This document shows positions 15,354 through 25,090 of a stretch of DNA of 30,447 nucleotides, in pieces (position 1 is the first letter of the stretch; each line of letters starts with the position of its first letter). The stretch lies in the UHGV virus genome UHGV-0176192. One strand, written 5' to 3'. The notes under the pieces were generated by a model. The model was not told the origin of the DNA and ran no database searches. It worked only from the letters and a program-made list of their open reading frames with translations. Both the position numbers and the translations under genes were made by a program. This DNA comes from a virus.

Positions 15354-16858
15354 TGGCAATTCTTGATGATGTGATTGGTGTTTTTTCTCCCGGCTGGAAA
15401 GCTGCGAGGTTGCGCTCAAGGGCGTTAATTCGCGCTTATGAGGCCGTGAAACCCACCCGCACACACAAAGCCCGACGGGAAAACCGTTCTGCCGACCAGC
15501 TCAGTAAGTACGGGGCGGTTTCTCTGCGGGAACAGGCCCGTTTTCTGGACACCAATCATGACCTGGTAATCGGTGTTTTCGACAAACTTGAGGAGCGGGT
15601 GATTGGTGCAAAGGGGATCATTGTTGAACCACAACCATTACTGAAAAATGGTGATATGGCTACAGAGCTGGCAATGATTATCCGTCGTTTGTGGGCGGAA
15701 TGGTCTGTCAGTCCGGATGTGACCGGGCAGCATACGCGCCCCATGCTCGAACGTCTGCTGTTGCGTACCTGGTTACGTGATGGAGAAGTGTTTGCCCAGA
15801 TGGTCAGAGGCGCAGGTGCCGGGCTGGCGCGGACTGCTGGTGTGCCTTTCTGGCTCGAGGCAATGGAGCCGGATTTTGTGCCCATGCTCAGTGATGAGTC
15901 TGCGGGAATGAATCAGGGGGTTTTTCTGGATAAATGGGGCAGGCCGAAAAAATACCTGGTTTATAAAAATTATCCGGTTACCGGGCGACAGAGCGAAACC
16001 AAAGAGATCGCCGCTGAAAATATGGTGCATCTGAAGTTTACCCGCCGCCTTCATCAGACGCGTGGCACATCCATGTTGTCAGGTGTGCTGATGCGGATCA
16101 GTGCGCTTAAGGAATATGAAGATGCTGAGCTGGTAGCGGCGCGCATTGCTGCGGCACTGGGGCTGTATATTCGTAAAGGAGACGGGCAGGATTATGAGGA
16201 ACCTGTGACGAATAAAGATAATGATCGGGAACTGCATATCACTCCCGGCATTATTTATGACGATCTGCGTAAGGGGGAAGATATTGGCATGGTCAAATCT
16301 GATCGGCCTAACCCTAATCTGGAAACTTTTCGTAATGGTCAGTTGCGGGCCATGGCGGCGGGCACTCGTCTGAGTTTTTCCAGTGCAGCACGTAACTATA
16401 ACGGTACCTACAGTTCCCAGCGACAGGAGCTGGTTGAGTCCACCGATGGCTATCTGATCCTGCAGGACTGTTTTATTGGTGCTGTAACCCGTCCGGTGTA
16501 CCGGGCATGGCTGAATATGGTGGTTGCCGCGGGGTTGCTGAAAATTCCGTCGGATGTGGATATAAAAACATTATATAACGCAACATATTCTGGTCCGGTC
16601 ATGCCGTGGATTGATCCTGTCAAGGAAGCTGAAGCCTGGAAAATCCAGATTCGTGGTGGTGCGGCAACAGAATCAGACTGGGTGCGCGCCAGTGGTCGTA
16701 ATCCGGATGATGTTAAACGTCGGCGCAAGGCCGAAATTGATGAAAACCGCAGGCTGGATCTGGTGTTTGATACCGATCCGGCCTGCGATAAAGGAGGTGG
16801 TAATGCTGAAACAGAACGCGTGGTTTCGCGGCGAACCGAAGGCCAGCCTGAAGAATAA
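15353..16858 (+). CDS. portal protein
   Basis: 501-aa ORF immediately after the W-like gene (TGATG overlap) in the canonical portal position. Confidence 0.85.
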   Translation: MAILDDVIGVFSPGWKAARLRSRALIRAYEAVKPTRTHKARRENRSADQLSKYGAVSLREQARFLDTNHDLVIGVFDKLEERVIGAKGIIVEPQPLLKNGDMATELAMIIRRLWAEWSVSPDVTGQHTRPMLERLLLRTWLRDGEVFAQMVRGAGAGLARTAGVPFWLEAMEPDFVPMLSDESAGMNQGVFLDKWGRPKKYLVYKNYPVTGRQSETKEIAAENMVHLKFTRRLHQTRGTSMLSGVLMRISALKEYEDAELVAARIAAALGLYIRKGDGQDYEEPVTNKDNDRELHITPGIIYDDLRKGEDIGMVKSDRPNPNLETFRNGQLRAMAAGTRLSFSSAARNYNGTYSSQRQELVESTDGYLILQDCFIGAVTRPVYRAWLNMVVAAGLLKIPSDVDIKTLYNATYSGPVMPWIDPVKEAEAWKIQIRGGAATESDWVRASGRNPDDVKRRRKAEIDENRRLDLVFDTDPACDKGGGNAETERVVSRRTEGQPEE

Positions 16859-18863
16859 TTCCTGGTTCAGAATGAAAGCGGGTCATAAAAGTGACGCAGA
16901 TATTTATATCTATGACGAGATTGGTTTCTGGGGAGTTACGGCGAAGCAGTTTGTCAGCGATCTGAATGCGCTGGGTAATATCACCCACATTAATCTCCAT
17001 ATCAATTCACCGGGTGGCGATGTCTTTGAAGGCATCGCCATTTTTAATGCGCTGAAAAATCATGGGGCGTCCATCACTGTTTATGTGGATGGTGTCGCGG
17101 CATCCATGGCATCGGTCATTGCAATGGTGGGTGATCCCGTCATCATGCCGGAAAACGCATTCATGATGATCCATAAACCATGGGGAGTGAGTGGTGGCGA
17201 TGCGGATGATATGCGTGATTATGCCGACCTGCTTGATAAAGTTGAGTCGGTCCTGTTGCCTGCTTATGCGCAGAAAACCGGGAAAACCACCGATGAAATT
17301 GCTGCCATGCTGGCGGATGAAACCTGGATGTCCGGTGCCGAATGTCTGGCACACGGATTTGCTGACCAGGTGACACCGGAAGTTAAGGCAATGGCATGTA
17401 TTCAGTCAAAACGTACAGAGGAATTTAAAAAAATGCCGGAATCCATTCGAAATATGATTATTCCGCCACGCAACAGTGCAACGCGTGAACCTGAAAACAA
17501 AAATACTGCATCTCAGACACAGGATCAGACTACGGCTCCGGTTGCCACAACCGCGACTACCACAAATGCACCTTCCGCAGATGAAAGTAGTATCCGTGCG
17601 CAGGTACTGGCAGAGCAAAAAGCACGTGTGAGTGGTATTAATGAACTGTTTGGTATGTTTGGCGGGCGCTATCAGACATTGCAGGCCAGTTGTCTTTCCG
17701 ATCCGGAGTGCTCGCTTGAGCAGGCCCGTGAGAAATTACTTAACGAAATGGGTAAGGAATTTTCACCATCAAATAAAAATACCCCGGCCCATATTTATGC
17801 TGGAAACGGTAATTTTGTGGGGGACGGGATCCGTCAGGCGCTGATGGCGCGTGCCGGATTTGCTGAGCGTGAACAGGATAACGTCTATAACGGGATGACC
17901 CTGCGTGAATATGCCCGAATGTCACTGACAGAACGGGGGATTGGGGTTTCCGGGTATAACCCGATGCAGATGGTCGGGGCAGCGTTCACGCACAGTACGT
18001 CTGATTTCGGTAATATTCTGCTGGATGTCGCGAACAAAGCCATTCTGCAGGGATGGGAAGAAGCCCCTGAGACTTACGAACAGTGGACCCGGAAAGGTCA
18101 GCTGTCTGATTTTAAAATTGCTCATCGTGTGGGAATGGGGGGCTTCAGTTCTCTGCGTCAGGTGCGAGAAGGGGCAGAATATAAGTACGTCACCACCGGA
18201 GATAAACAGGCCACGATTGCACTGGCGACTTATGGTGAACTGTTCAGCATCACCCGTCAGGCCATTATCAACGATGATCTGAATATGCTGACCGATGTTC
18301 CGATGAAACTGGGGCGTGCGGCAAAATCCACGATTGCCGATCTGGTTTATGCCATTCTGACGTCTAACCCGAAGATCTCCACGGATAATGTGAACCTGTT
18401 CGATAAAACGAAACATGCAAACGTACTGGAGAACGCTGCAATGGACGTGGCATCACTGGATAAAGCTCGCCAGTTGATGCGCGTTCAGAAAGAGGGTGAG
18501 CGTCATCTGAATATTCGCCCTGCGTTCGTACTGGTACCGACAGCGATGGAGTCTGTTGCTAACCAGGTCATTCGCTCCTCAAGTGTCAAGGGGGCTGACA
18601 TTAACGCCGGTATTATTAACCCGGTGAAAGATTTTGCGACCGTTATTGCAGAGCCTCGTCTTGATGATAACAGCCAGACCACCTTTTATCTGGCTGCGGC
18701 GAAAGGTACGGATACCATCGAAGTGGCTTATCTCAACGGTGTGGATACGCCATATATTGATCAGATGGAGGGCTTCAGTGTGGATGGCGTGACAACGAAA
18801 GTGCGTATTGACGCTGGTGTCGCGCCAGTTGATCACCGCGGTCTGGTGAAATGTACGGCGTAA
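16803..18863 (+). CDS. ClpP-family prohead protease fused to (scaffold and) major capsid domain
   Basis: ATG at 16803 after aaggagg. The N-terminal third has ClpP/S14-like motifs (INSPGGDVFEG...ASMASVIAM); a low-complexity linker (TTAPVATTATTTNAP) is followed by a ~400-aa C-terminal domain in the capsid position. Confidence 0.8.
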   Translation: MLKQNAWFRGEPKASLKNNSWFRMKAGHKSDADIYIYDEIGFWGVTAKQFVSDLNALGNITHINLHINSPGGDVFEGIAIFNALKNHGASITVYVDGVAASMASVIAMVGDPVIMPENAFMMIHKPWGVSGGDADDMRDYADLLDKVESVLLPAYAQKTGKTTDEIAAMLADETWMSGAECLAHGFADQVTPEVKAMACIQSKRTEEFKKMPESIRNMIIPPRNSATREPENKNTASQTQDQTTAPVATTATTTNAPSADESSIRAQVLAEQKARVSGINELFGMFGGRYQTLQASCLSDPECSLEQAREKLLNEMGKEFSPSNKNTPAHIYAGNGNFVGDGIRQALMARAGFAEREQDNVYNGMTLREYARMSLTERGIGVSGYNPMQMVGAAFTHSTSDFGNILLDVANKAILQGWEEAPETYEQWTRKGQLSDFKIAHRVGMGGFSSLRQVREGAEYKYVTTGDKQATIALATYGELFSITRQAIINDDLNMLTDVPMKLGRAAKSTIADLVYAILTSNPKISTDNVNLFDKTKHANVLENAAMDVASLDKARQLMRVQKEGERHLNIRPAFVLVPTAMESVANQVIRSSSVKGADINAGIINPVKDFATVIAEPRLDDNSQTTFYLAAAKGTDTIEVAYLNGVDTPYIDQMEGFSVDGVTTKVRIDAGVAPVDHRGLVKCTA

Positions 18864-18886
18864 ACGTCGCAGACAACAACTCAGAT

Positions 18887-18907
18887 GGCCCGTAAGGGCT
18901 TTTTTTG
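18887..18907 (+). terminator. intrinsic terminator/attenuator after capsid gene
   Basis: ggccc-gtaa-gggc hairpin (short stem, GNRA-type loop) followed by 8 T. Confidence 0.5.
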
Positions 18908-18949
18908 TACCTGAAATCAGCCCCGCTCAGGGGCTGTGTGGAGACAGTT

Positions 18950-19273
18950 ATGGCAAAGAATTTTGTAGAAGACGGGAAAACGGTGGCGATTGTTGCTGGT
19001 GCAAATATCAGTAGCGGAGAGCTGGTACAGGTGGGCGATATTTTTGCTGTGGCACTGACCGATATTGCGAAAGGCGAAACGGGAGATGGTATCGCTGAAG
19101 GCGTATTTATGTTGCCGAAGCTGAAAACGGATGACATGAAAACGGGTAAGAAGGTTTATCTGAAGTCCGGAAAAGTTCAGCTGACGAACAGCGGCCCTGA
19201 TCCGCTGGTCGGGGTTGTCTGGGCAGATGCCGGAACCAGTGCAGAAGAAGTGCCGGTAAAACTCAATGTCTGA
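18950..19273 (+). CDS. small head protein (decoration/cement or FI-like), family uncertain
   Basis: ATG at 18950 after ggag; 107-aa Gly/Val-rich protein directly after the capsid gene. Confidence 0.5.
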   Translation: MAKNFVEDGKTVAIVAGANISSGELVQVGDIFAVALTDIAKGETGDGIAEGVFMLPKLKTDDMKTGKKVYLKSGKVQLTNSGPDPLVGVVWADAGTSAEEVPVKLNV

Positions 19274-19541
19274 TCCCTTTTCCCGGCTGGCAGCGCGTAT
19301 GGATGCGATCACGGTCAGAAAGATGGGAAAGACAGCCTCGATTAATGATGTCGATATGACAGTGATCCCGGGAGAAACACTGGCAGAGCTGAATGCTCTG
19401 TCCGGACCTGCGGTCTCTCTGGTGGTGTTTTCTTCGGGATACCGCCCACGGCGCGGGGATCGCGTTGTTTATGACGGACAACAATGGACGGTCACACGGC
19501 ATGAACGCTTTAACGGTAAGCCAATGATCTTTATTGAGTAA
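19266..19541 (+). CDS. head-tail joining protein, gpFII-like
   Basis: 91-aa ORF; ...RPRRGDRVVYDGQQWTVTRHE resembles the lambda FII motif (...LRRGDTLTIGEENFWVDRV); located before Z. Confidence 0.65.
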   Translation: MSDPFSRLAARMDAITVRKMGKTASINDVDMTVIPGETLAELNALSGPAVSLVVFSSGYRPRRGDRVVYDGQQWTVTRHERFNGKPMIFIE

Positions 19542-19552
19542 AGAGGTGTGGG

Positions 19553-20131
19553 ATGAAGGGGCTTGAGAATGCCATCCGCAATCTGAACAGCCTTGATACC
19601 CGTATGGTGCCACAGGCCAGCGCATGGGCGATAAACCGTGTGGCGCAGAAAGCGGTCTCGGTTGCCACCCGGCAGGTTGCCGGGAATACCGTTGCGGGAG
19701 ATAACCAGGTGAAAGGGATACCCCTGAAACTGGTACGTCAGCGTGTCCGGGTGTTTAAAGCCAGTCCGTCAGGAAAAATGACGGCCAGGATCCGCGTTAA
19801 CCGGGGCAACCTGCCCGCCATTAAGCTGGGGACGGCCCGGGTCAGACTGGCCCGGCGTGGTGGAAAACTGCAGTACCGTGGCAGTGTGCTGAAGGTGGGT
19901 AAATATCTTTTCCGGGATGCGTTTATTCAGCAGCTGGCGAATGGTCGCTGGCATGTGATGCGGCGTATTGATGGCAAAAATCGTTACCCCATTGATGTGG
20001 TGAAAATCCCGCTGTCCGGACCGCTGACACAGGCATTTGAAGATGCCCGCGACCGCATCATTACTGCGGAAATGCCGAAACAGCTGGGGTATGCACTGAA
20101 ACAACAACTGAGGTTATGGCTGACACGATGA
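19553..20131 (+). CDS. minor tail protein Z-like
   Basis: 192-aa ORF, same length and map position as lambda Z; agagg RBS. Confidence 0.7.
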   Translation: MKGLENAIRNLNSLDTRMVPQASAWAINRVAQKAVSVATRQVAGNTVAGDNQVKGIPLKLVRQRVRVFKASPSGKMTARIRVNRGNLPAIKLGTARVRLARRGGKLQYRGSVLKVGKYLFRDAFIQQLANGRWHVMRRIDGKNRYPIDVVKIPLSGPLTQAFEDARDRIITAEMPKQLGYALKQQLRLWLTR

Positions 20132-20529
20132 ACCGACATACACAAATCCGCCAGGTCGTACTGGCACGCCTTCGGGAACAGTGTGGAGACAGCGCCACGT
20201 TTTTTGACGGGCTTCCGGCATTTGTTGATGCGCAGGAACTGCCTGCCGTGGCGGTGTGGCTGAGTGATGCACAGTACACCGGAAAAATGACGGATGAAGA
20301 TGACTGGCAGGCTGTTCTGCATATTGCCGTCTTCATCCGGGCACAGGCACCGGATTCAGAGCTGGATACGTGGATGGAGAGCACCATTTTCCCGGCCCTG
20401 AATGATGTACCGGCACTTTCCGGACTCATCGACACCATGAACCCACTCGGTTTTAACTATCAACGTGATAATGAGATGGCCACCTGGGCGATGGCGGAAA
20501 TCACGTACCAGATCACGTACACGAATTAA
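20116..20529 (+). CDS. minor tail protein U-like (tail terminator)
   Basis: 137-aa ORF overlapping the end of Z, in the lambda U position. Confidence 0.7.
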   Translation: MADTMNRHTQIRQVVLARLREQCGDSATFFDGLPAFVDAQELPAVAVWLSDAQYTGKMTDEDDWQAVLHIAVFIRAQAPDSELDTWMESTIFPALNDVPALSGLIDTMNPLGFNYQRDNEMATWAMAEITYQITYTN

Positions 20530-20539
20530 GGAGGTGGTA

Positions 20540-21283
20540 ATGACCACACCAAATCCACTGGCAAAGACGAAAGGTGCGGGGACGACGTTCTGGATGTATA
20601 CCGGCAACGGCGATGCGTTTGCGAACCCTTTGTCGGACACTGACTGGCTGCGTCTTGCGATGGTGAAGGATCTGCAACCTGGCGAAATGACCGCTGATGC
20701 AGAAGATGACACTTATCTCGATGATGAAAATGCTGACTGGAAAACGACAACTCAGGGGCAAAAATCTGTTGGTGATACATCCGCGACGCTGGCCTGGCGT
20801 CCGGGTGACAGCGGACAGAAAAAACTGGTTCAGTTGTTCGACTCCGGTGAAGTCTGCGCGTTTCGTATCAAATATCCCAACGGCACTGTTGATGTTTTCC
20901 GTGGCTGGCTGAGCTCACTGGGTAAAACCATTGCCTCAAAAGACGTGATGACCCGCACAGTGAAAATCAGCGGTGTGGGGCGTCCGTATCTGGCAGAGGA
21001 AGGCACTGAAACCGTGGGCGTTACCGGGCTGACGGTGGCACCGGCATCTGCCAGTGTAAAAGTGGGAGCAACCACCACGCTGACCTTTACAGTAAAACCT
21101 GACGGAGCCAGTGACAAAGCGATCAGTGTGCATTCGACAGATCCACAGACTGCCACGGTGACCCTGAACGGGCTTGTGGCCACGGTGAAAGGCGTGAAGC
21201 AGGGCAGTGTCAGCATTGTGGGCATGACCGCTGACGGCGATTTTGTGGCAGTGGCTACGGTGGCTGTCAGCGCCGCAGGTTAA
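20540..21283 (+). CDS. major tail protein V-like with C-terminal Ig-like domain
   Basis: ATG at 20540 after aaggagg; 247 aa; C-terminus (...VTGLTVAPASASVKVGATTTLTFTVKPDGASDK...) resembles a Big_2 Ig-like domain, as in lambda V. Confidence 0.85.
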   Translation: MTTPNPLAKTKGAGTTFWMYTGNGDAFANPLSDTDWLRLAMVKDLQPGEMTADAEDDTYLDDENADWKTTTQGQKSVGDTSATLAWRPGDSGQKKLVQLFDSGEVCAFRIKYPNGTVDVFRGWLSSLGKTIASKDVMTRTVKISGVGRPYLAEEGTETVGVTGLTVAPASASVKVGATTTLTFTVKPDGASDKAISVHSTDPQTATVTLNGLVATVKGVKQGSVSIVGMTADGDFVAVATVAVSAAG

Positions 21284-21303
21284 CAGGACGATACTCATCA
21301 TTT

Positions 21304-21327
21304 GCCCCGGTTATCCGGGGCTTTTTT
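21304..21327 (+). terminator. rho-independent terminator/attenuator between V and G
   Basis: gccccgg-ttat-ccggggc stem-loop followed by tttttt. Confidence 0.65.
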
Positions 21328-21340
21328 GCAGGTGGAGAAC

Positions 21341-21730
21341 ATGATGTTTCTGAAACAGGACACGTTTAATTATGAAAAACAGTCCGTGATGCTCAGTGAG
21401 CTGTCCGGGCTGCAGAGAATTGAATATCTGGCGTTTGTTCAGCAGCGAACGGCAAAGTTTGATGCCGGGGAGGGAGAACTGCCGGAGGCTGAACGACAGA
21501 TTGCTTTTCTGCGGATGGGGATGGATATCAATGCCTGGCTGGTTTCCCGCTCCCTGTGGAATGCGGATCAGTCTAAGGATGTAGAGGCGCTTTGCGCATC
21601 CGTTATTACAACATGGTCGTATGATGCCCTGGGAGCGGGGGCGGAGATGGTTCTGTCGCTGAGCGGTATGGGAACCATTGAGAATGCCGGGGATGATGAG
21701 CATGAGGCGCTGACGCCGGAAAAGTCCTGA
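21341..21730 (+). CDS. tail assembly chaperone G-like
   Basis: Translation MMFLKQDTFNYEKQSVMLSELSGLQRIEYLAF... closely parallels the lambda G N-terminus (MFLKTESFEHNGVTVTLSELSALQRIEHLAL...). Confidence 0.8.
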   Translation: MMFLKQDTFNYEKQSVMLSELSGLQRIEYLAFVQQRTAKFDAGEGELPEAERQIAFLRMGMDINAWLVSRSLWNADQSKDVEALCASVITTWSYDALGAGAEMVLSLSGMGTIENAGDDEHEALTPEKS

Positions 21731-21738
21731 CGCGGGAA

Positions 21739-22068
21739 ATGCAGTTTGTCATGCGGCTTGCCCGGGAGTTCCGGCGGGCAGACTGGCGGCGGATGTTGTC
21801 GGAAATGTCGGCCACTGAGCTTGGTGAGTGGGGCGATTATTTCCGGATGCAGAGCTTCAGTGATGTGTGGATGGATGCGCAGTTTGCCTCGCTGAAGGCA
21901 TTGATCGTGAGAATGGTGTCCGGCAGCAGTGATGCTGCGGTGGCTGATTTCAGCCTTTTACCGGAAGAGAACGGGATACCGGAGCGAACGGACGAAGAAC
22001 TGATGCATCTTGGGGAAGGTATTTCCGGAGGTGTGCGTTATGGACCAGATAGCCAACCTGGTCATTGA
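21739..22068 (+). CDS. tail assembly chaperone T-like (probably expressed as G-T fusion by -1 frameshift)
   Basis: ORF in the -1 frame relative to G and open from 21706, overlapping the last 25 nt of G; A-rich ccggaaaag at 21716-21724 near the G stop. Coordinates give the ATG-initiated ORF only. Confidence 0.6.
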   Translation: MQFVMRLAREFRRADWRRMLSEMSATELGEWGDYFRMQSFSDVWMDAQFASLKALIVRMVSGSSDAAVADFSLLPEENGIPERTDEELMHLGEGISGGVRYGPDSQPGH

Positions 22069-25000
22069 TTTAGGGATTGATGCGGCAGAGTTTAAAAATG
22101 AAATTCCCCGTATCAAAAACCTTCTGAATGGTGCAGCCAGCGATGCAGAACGGTCTTCTGCCCGTATGCAGCGTTTTATGGAGCGTCAGACTCAGGCCGC
22201 CCGGCAGACAACGCAGGCGGCTTCTTCGGCTGCAACAGCCGCATCCGTCCATGCGCAGACGGTGGAGAAGAGCGCACAGGCTCATGAACGCATGGCCAGC
22301 GAGGTGGAGCAAACCCGCCAGCGCATGGAGGCGCTGAGCCAGAAAATGCGCGAGGAACAGGCACAGGCCATGGCTCTGGCGGAGGCTCAGGATAAAGCGG
22401 TTGCCGCGTTTTATCGTCAGATTGACAGTGTGAAACAGGCCAGTGCGGGGCTGCAGGAATTACAGCGTATTCAGCAGCAGATCCGACAGGCCAGAAACAG
22501 TGGCGGGATTGGTCAGCAGGATTATCTGGCGCTGATTTCTGAGGTTACTGCGAAAACCCGTGTTCTTACACAGGCTGAGGAAGAGGCTACCCGACAGAAA
22601 GTGGCGTTTATCCGTCAGCTTAAAGAGCAGGCAACCCGCCAGAATCTTTCTTCTTCTGAGTTGCTTCGTGCTAAGGCTGCCCAGCTGGGGGTAAGCAGTG
22701 CTGCAGAAGTGTATATCCGCAAAATGGAGCAGGCAGGAAAAGCCACGCATTCGCTGGGGCTGAAAAGTGCAGCGGCCCGCCGGGAGATAGGCGTTCTGAT
22801 AGGTGAACTGGCCCGCGGCAATTTAGGGGCGCTGAGGGGATCCGGGATAACGCTGGCTAACCGTGCCGGATGGATAGACACACTGATGTCACCGAAAGGT
22901 ATGATGCTGGGCGGGGTTATTGGCGGTATTGCCGCGGCCGTCTATGGTCTGGGTAAAGCCTGGTATGACGGTCAGAAGGAGGGGGAAGAATTTAACCGCC
23001 AGCTGTCGCTGACGGGGCATTATGCCGGAGTCACTGCCGGGCAGCTGTGGACGCTCAGTCGTGCTATTTCCGGGAATGGTATCACGCAACATGCTGCAGC
23101 CGGTGCGCTGGCTCAGGTGGTGGGGAGTGGTGCATTTCGTGGAAACGATATCGGTATGGTGGCGAGAGCTGCCGCACAGATGGAGCGATCGGTTGGTCAG
23201 TCGGTCAGCGATACTATAAGTCAGTTTAAGCGGCTGAAGGATGATCCTGTAAATGCCGCGAAGGCTCTGGACAATGAGCTGCATTTTCTTACTGCCACTC
23301 AGCTTGAGCAGATACGCGTCCTTGGGGAGCAGGGGCGGTCCAGTGATGCTGCACGGATAGCCATGTCTGCACTGGCAGAGGAAACCGGTCGGCGTACTGC
23401 GGATATTGATAATAATCTTAATGCGCTGGGCAGTACGCTGAAATATCTGTCTGATTTGTGGAGCCGTTTCTGGGACGCGGCCCTGAACATCGGTCGTGAA
23501 GATTCACTGGATGGGCAGATAGCTTCCTTACAGGAAAAAATTCAGCGGGCGAAAAAGTTTTCGTGGACGAATTCATCCACTCAGGTGGAGTACGATCAGC
23601 AGCGTCTTAACGATCTTCAGGAGAAAAAACGCCAGAAGGATTTGCAGGATGCAAAAGAGCAGGCAGAGCGGAATTATCAGGAGCAACAGAAACGCCGTAA
23701 TGCTGAAAATGCTGCACTGAACCGGATGAATGAAACGGAAGCAGCACGACATCAGCGTGAAATTGCGCGTATTAATGCCATGCAGTACGCCGACCAGGCT
23801 GTCAGGGATGCGGCGATACAACGTGAAAATGAACGTTACGAGAAAGCCCTGGCATCCGGTAAGAAAAAAACACGCGAAACCCGTAATGATGAGGCCACCC
23901 GGTTATTGCTGCAGTACAGTCAGCAACAGGCACAGGTGGAAGGGCAGATTGCTGCTGCCAGACAGTCAGCAGGCATTGCCTCTGAAAAGATGACAGAAGC
24001 GCATAAACAGCTTCTGGCTCTGCAGCAGCGCATCAGCGACCTGGACGGGAAAAAACTGACGGCAGATGAAAAGAGTGTGCTGGCCCGTAAAGATGAACTG
24101 ATTCAGGCACTGACGTTGCTGGATGTAAAACAGCAGGAGCTTCAGAAGCAGACGGCACTCAACGAGCTGAAGAAAAAAACAATTCAGCTGACCAGTCAAC
24201 TGGCTGAAGAAGAACGCGCTCAGCGTCAGCAACATGACCTGGATATCGCCACGGTGGGTATGGGCGAACAGCTGCGGCAGCGGTATCAGGTACAACTGAG
24301 TCTTCGCCAGAAATACCAGCAACAGCTGGAGCAGTTGAGGCGGGATAGTGAGCAGAAAGGGACATATAACACGGATGACTACAGAAAGGCCGAGCAGGCG
24401 CTGACGGAGAGCCTGAACCGACAACTGAATGAGAATCGCCGCTACTGGCAACAGCTTGAAGTTGTGCAGGGTAACTGGAAAAACGGTGCCATACGTGCGT
24501 TTCAGAATTTTACGGCAGAAGCGGATAATGCGGCAGGAACTGCTGAACAAATGTTTACATCGGCATTCAGCAGTGCGAGCGACGGGCTGGCGACATTCTG
24601 TACCACTGGCAAACTCAATTTCAAATCCTTCACCTCTTCCCTGCTGTCAGATATGGCAAAAATTATGGCGCAGATGACTATGATGCAGGCGGTAAAGGGC
24701 GTCGGTTCTTTATTTGGCTTTACGGCTAATGCTGATGGCGGTGTTTATCAGTCTGCTGATTTGAGTCGCTACAGTGGCACGGTGGTTAACCGTCCAACAT
24801 TTTTTGCTTTTGCAAAAGGCGCGGGTGTGATGGGGGAAGCTGGGCCTGAAGCCATTCTGCCACTGCGTCGTGGTGCTGACGGTAAGCTGGGGGTTGTGGC
24901 GGATATTGGTGGTTCAGGTATGGCGATGTTTGCCCCGCAGTACAACATCGAGATCAATAACGACGGCACGAACGGGCAGATAGGTCCGGCTGCCCTGAAG

Positions 25001-25090
25001 GTGGTTTATGATCTCGGGAAAAAAGCGGCAGCAGACTTTATGCAACAGCAGTCCCGTGATGGTGGACTGTATTCAGGAGGCGGGCGATGA
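22040..25090 (+). CDS. tail tape measure protein (gpH-like)
   Basis: 1016-aa ORF, ggagg RBS 8 nt upstream of ATG 22040; long coiled-coil-like Q/A/E/R-rich region and Gly-rich C-terminus; in the lambda H position. Confidence 0.9.
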   Translation: MDQIANLVIDLGIDAAEFKNEIPRIKNLLNGAASDAERSSARMQRFMERQTQAARQTTQAASSAATAASVHAQTVEKSAQAHERMASEVEQTRQRMEALSQKMREEQAQAMALAEAQDKAVAAFYRQIDSVKQASAGLQELQRIQQQIRQARNSGGIGQQDYLALISEVTAKTRVLTQAEEEATRQKVAFIRQLKEQATRQNLSSSELLRAKAAQLGVSSAAEVYIRKMEQAGKATHSLGLKSAAARREIGVLIGELARGNLGALRGSGITLANRAGWIDTLMSPKGMMLGGVIGGIAAAVYGLGKAWYDGQKEGEEFNRQLSLTGHYAGVTAGQLWTLSRAISGNGITQHAAAGALAQVVGSGAFRGNDIGMVARAAAQMERSVGQSVSDTISQFKRLKDDPVNAAKALDNELHFLTATQLEQIRVLGEQGRSSDAARIAMSALAEETGRRTADIDNNLNALGSTLKYLSDLWSRFWDAALNIGREDSLDGQIASLQEKIQRAKKFSWTNSSTQVEYDQQRLNDLQEKKRQKDLQDAKEQAERNYQEQQKRRNAENAALNRMNETEAARHQREIARINAMQYADQAVRDAAIQRENERYEKALASGKKKTRETRNDEATRLLLQYSQQQAQVEGQIAAARQSAGIASEKMTEAHKQLLALQQRISDLDGKKLTADEKSVLARKDELIQALTLLDVKQQELQKQTALNELKKKTIQLTSQLAEEERAQRQQHDLDIATVGMGEQLRQRYQVQLSLRQKYQQQLEQLRRDSEQKGTYNTDDYRKAEQALTESLNRQLNENRRYWQQLEVVQGNWKNGAIRAFQNFTAEADNAAGTAEQMFTSAFSSASDGLATFCTTGKLNFKSFTSSLLSDMAKIMAQMTMMQAVKGVGSLFGFTANADGGVYQSADLSRYSGTVVNRPTFFAFAKGAGVMGEAGPEAILPLRRGADGKLGVVADIGGSGMAMFAPQYNIEINNDGTNGQIGPAALKVVYDLGKKAAADFMQQQSRDGGLYSGGGR

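Noticed and set aside
16611-16802. Upstream extension of the protease-capsid ORF (annotated start 16611)
   Set aside because: The extension begins at a non-ATG codon inside the portal gene; a strong aaggagg RBS precedes ATG 16803, which I take as the real start.
22889-24550. Several minus-strand ORFs (131-194 aa) inside the tape-measure gene
   Set aside because: All are antisense to a continuous 1016-aa + strand ORF with strong RBS and tape-measure character; their translations are low-complexity (Leu/Gln/Arg-rich), consistent with antisense artefacts.
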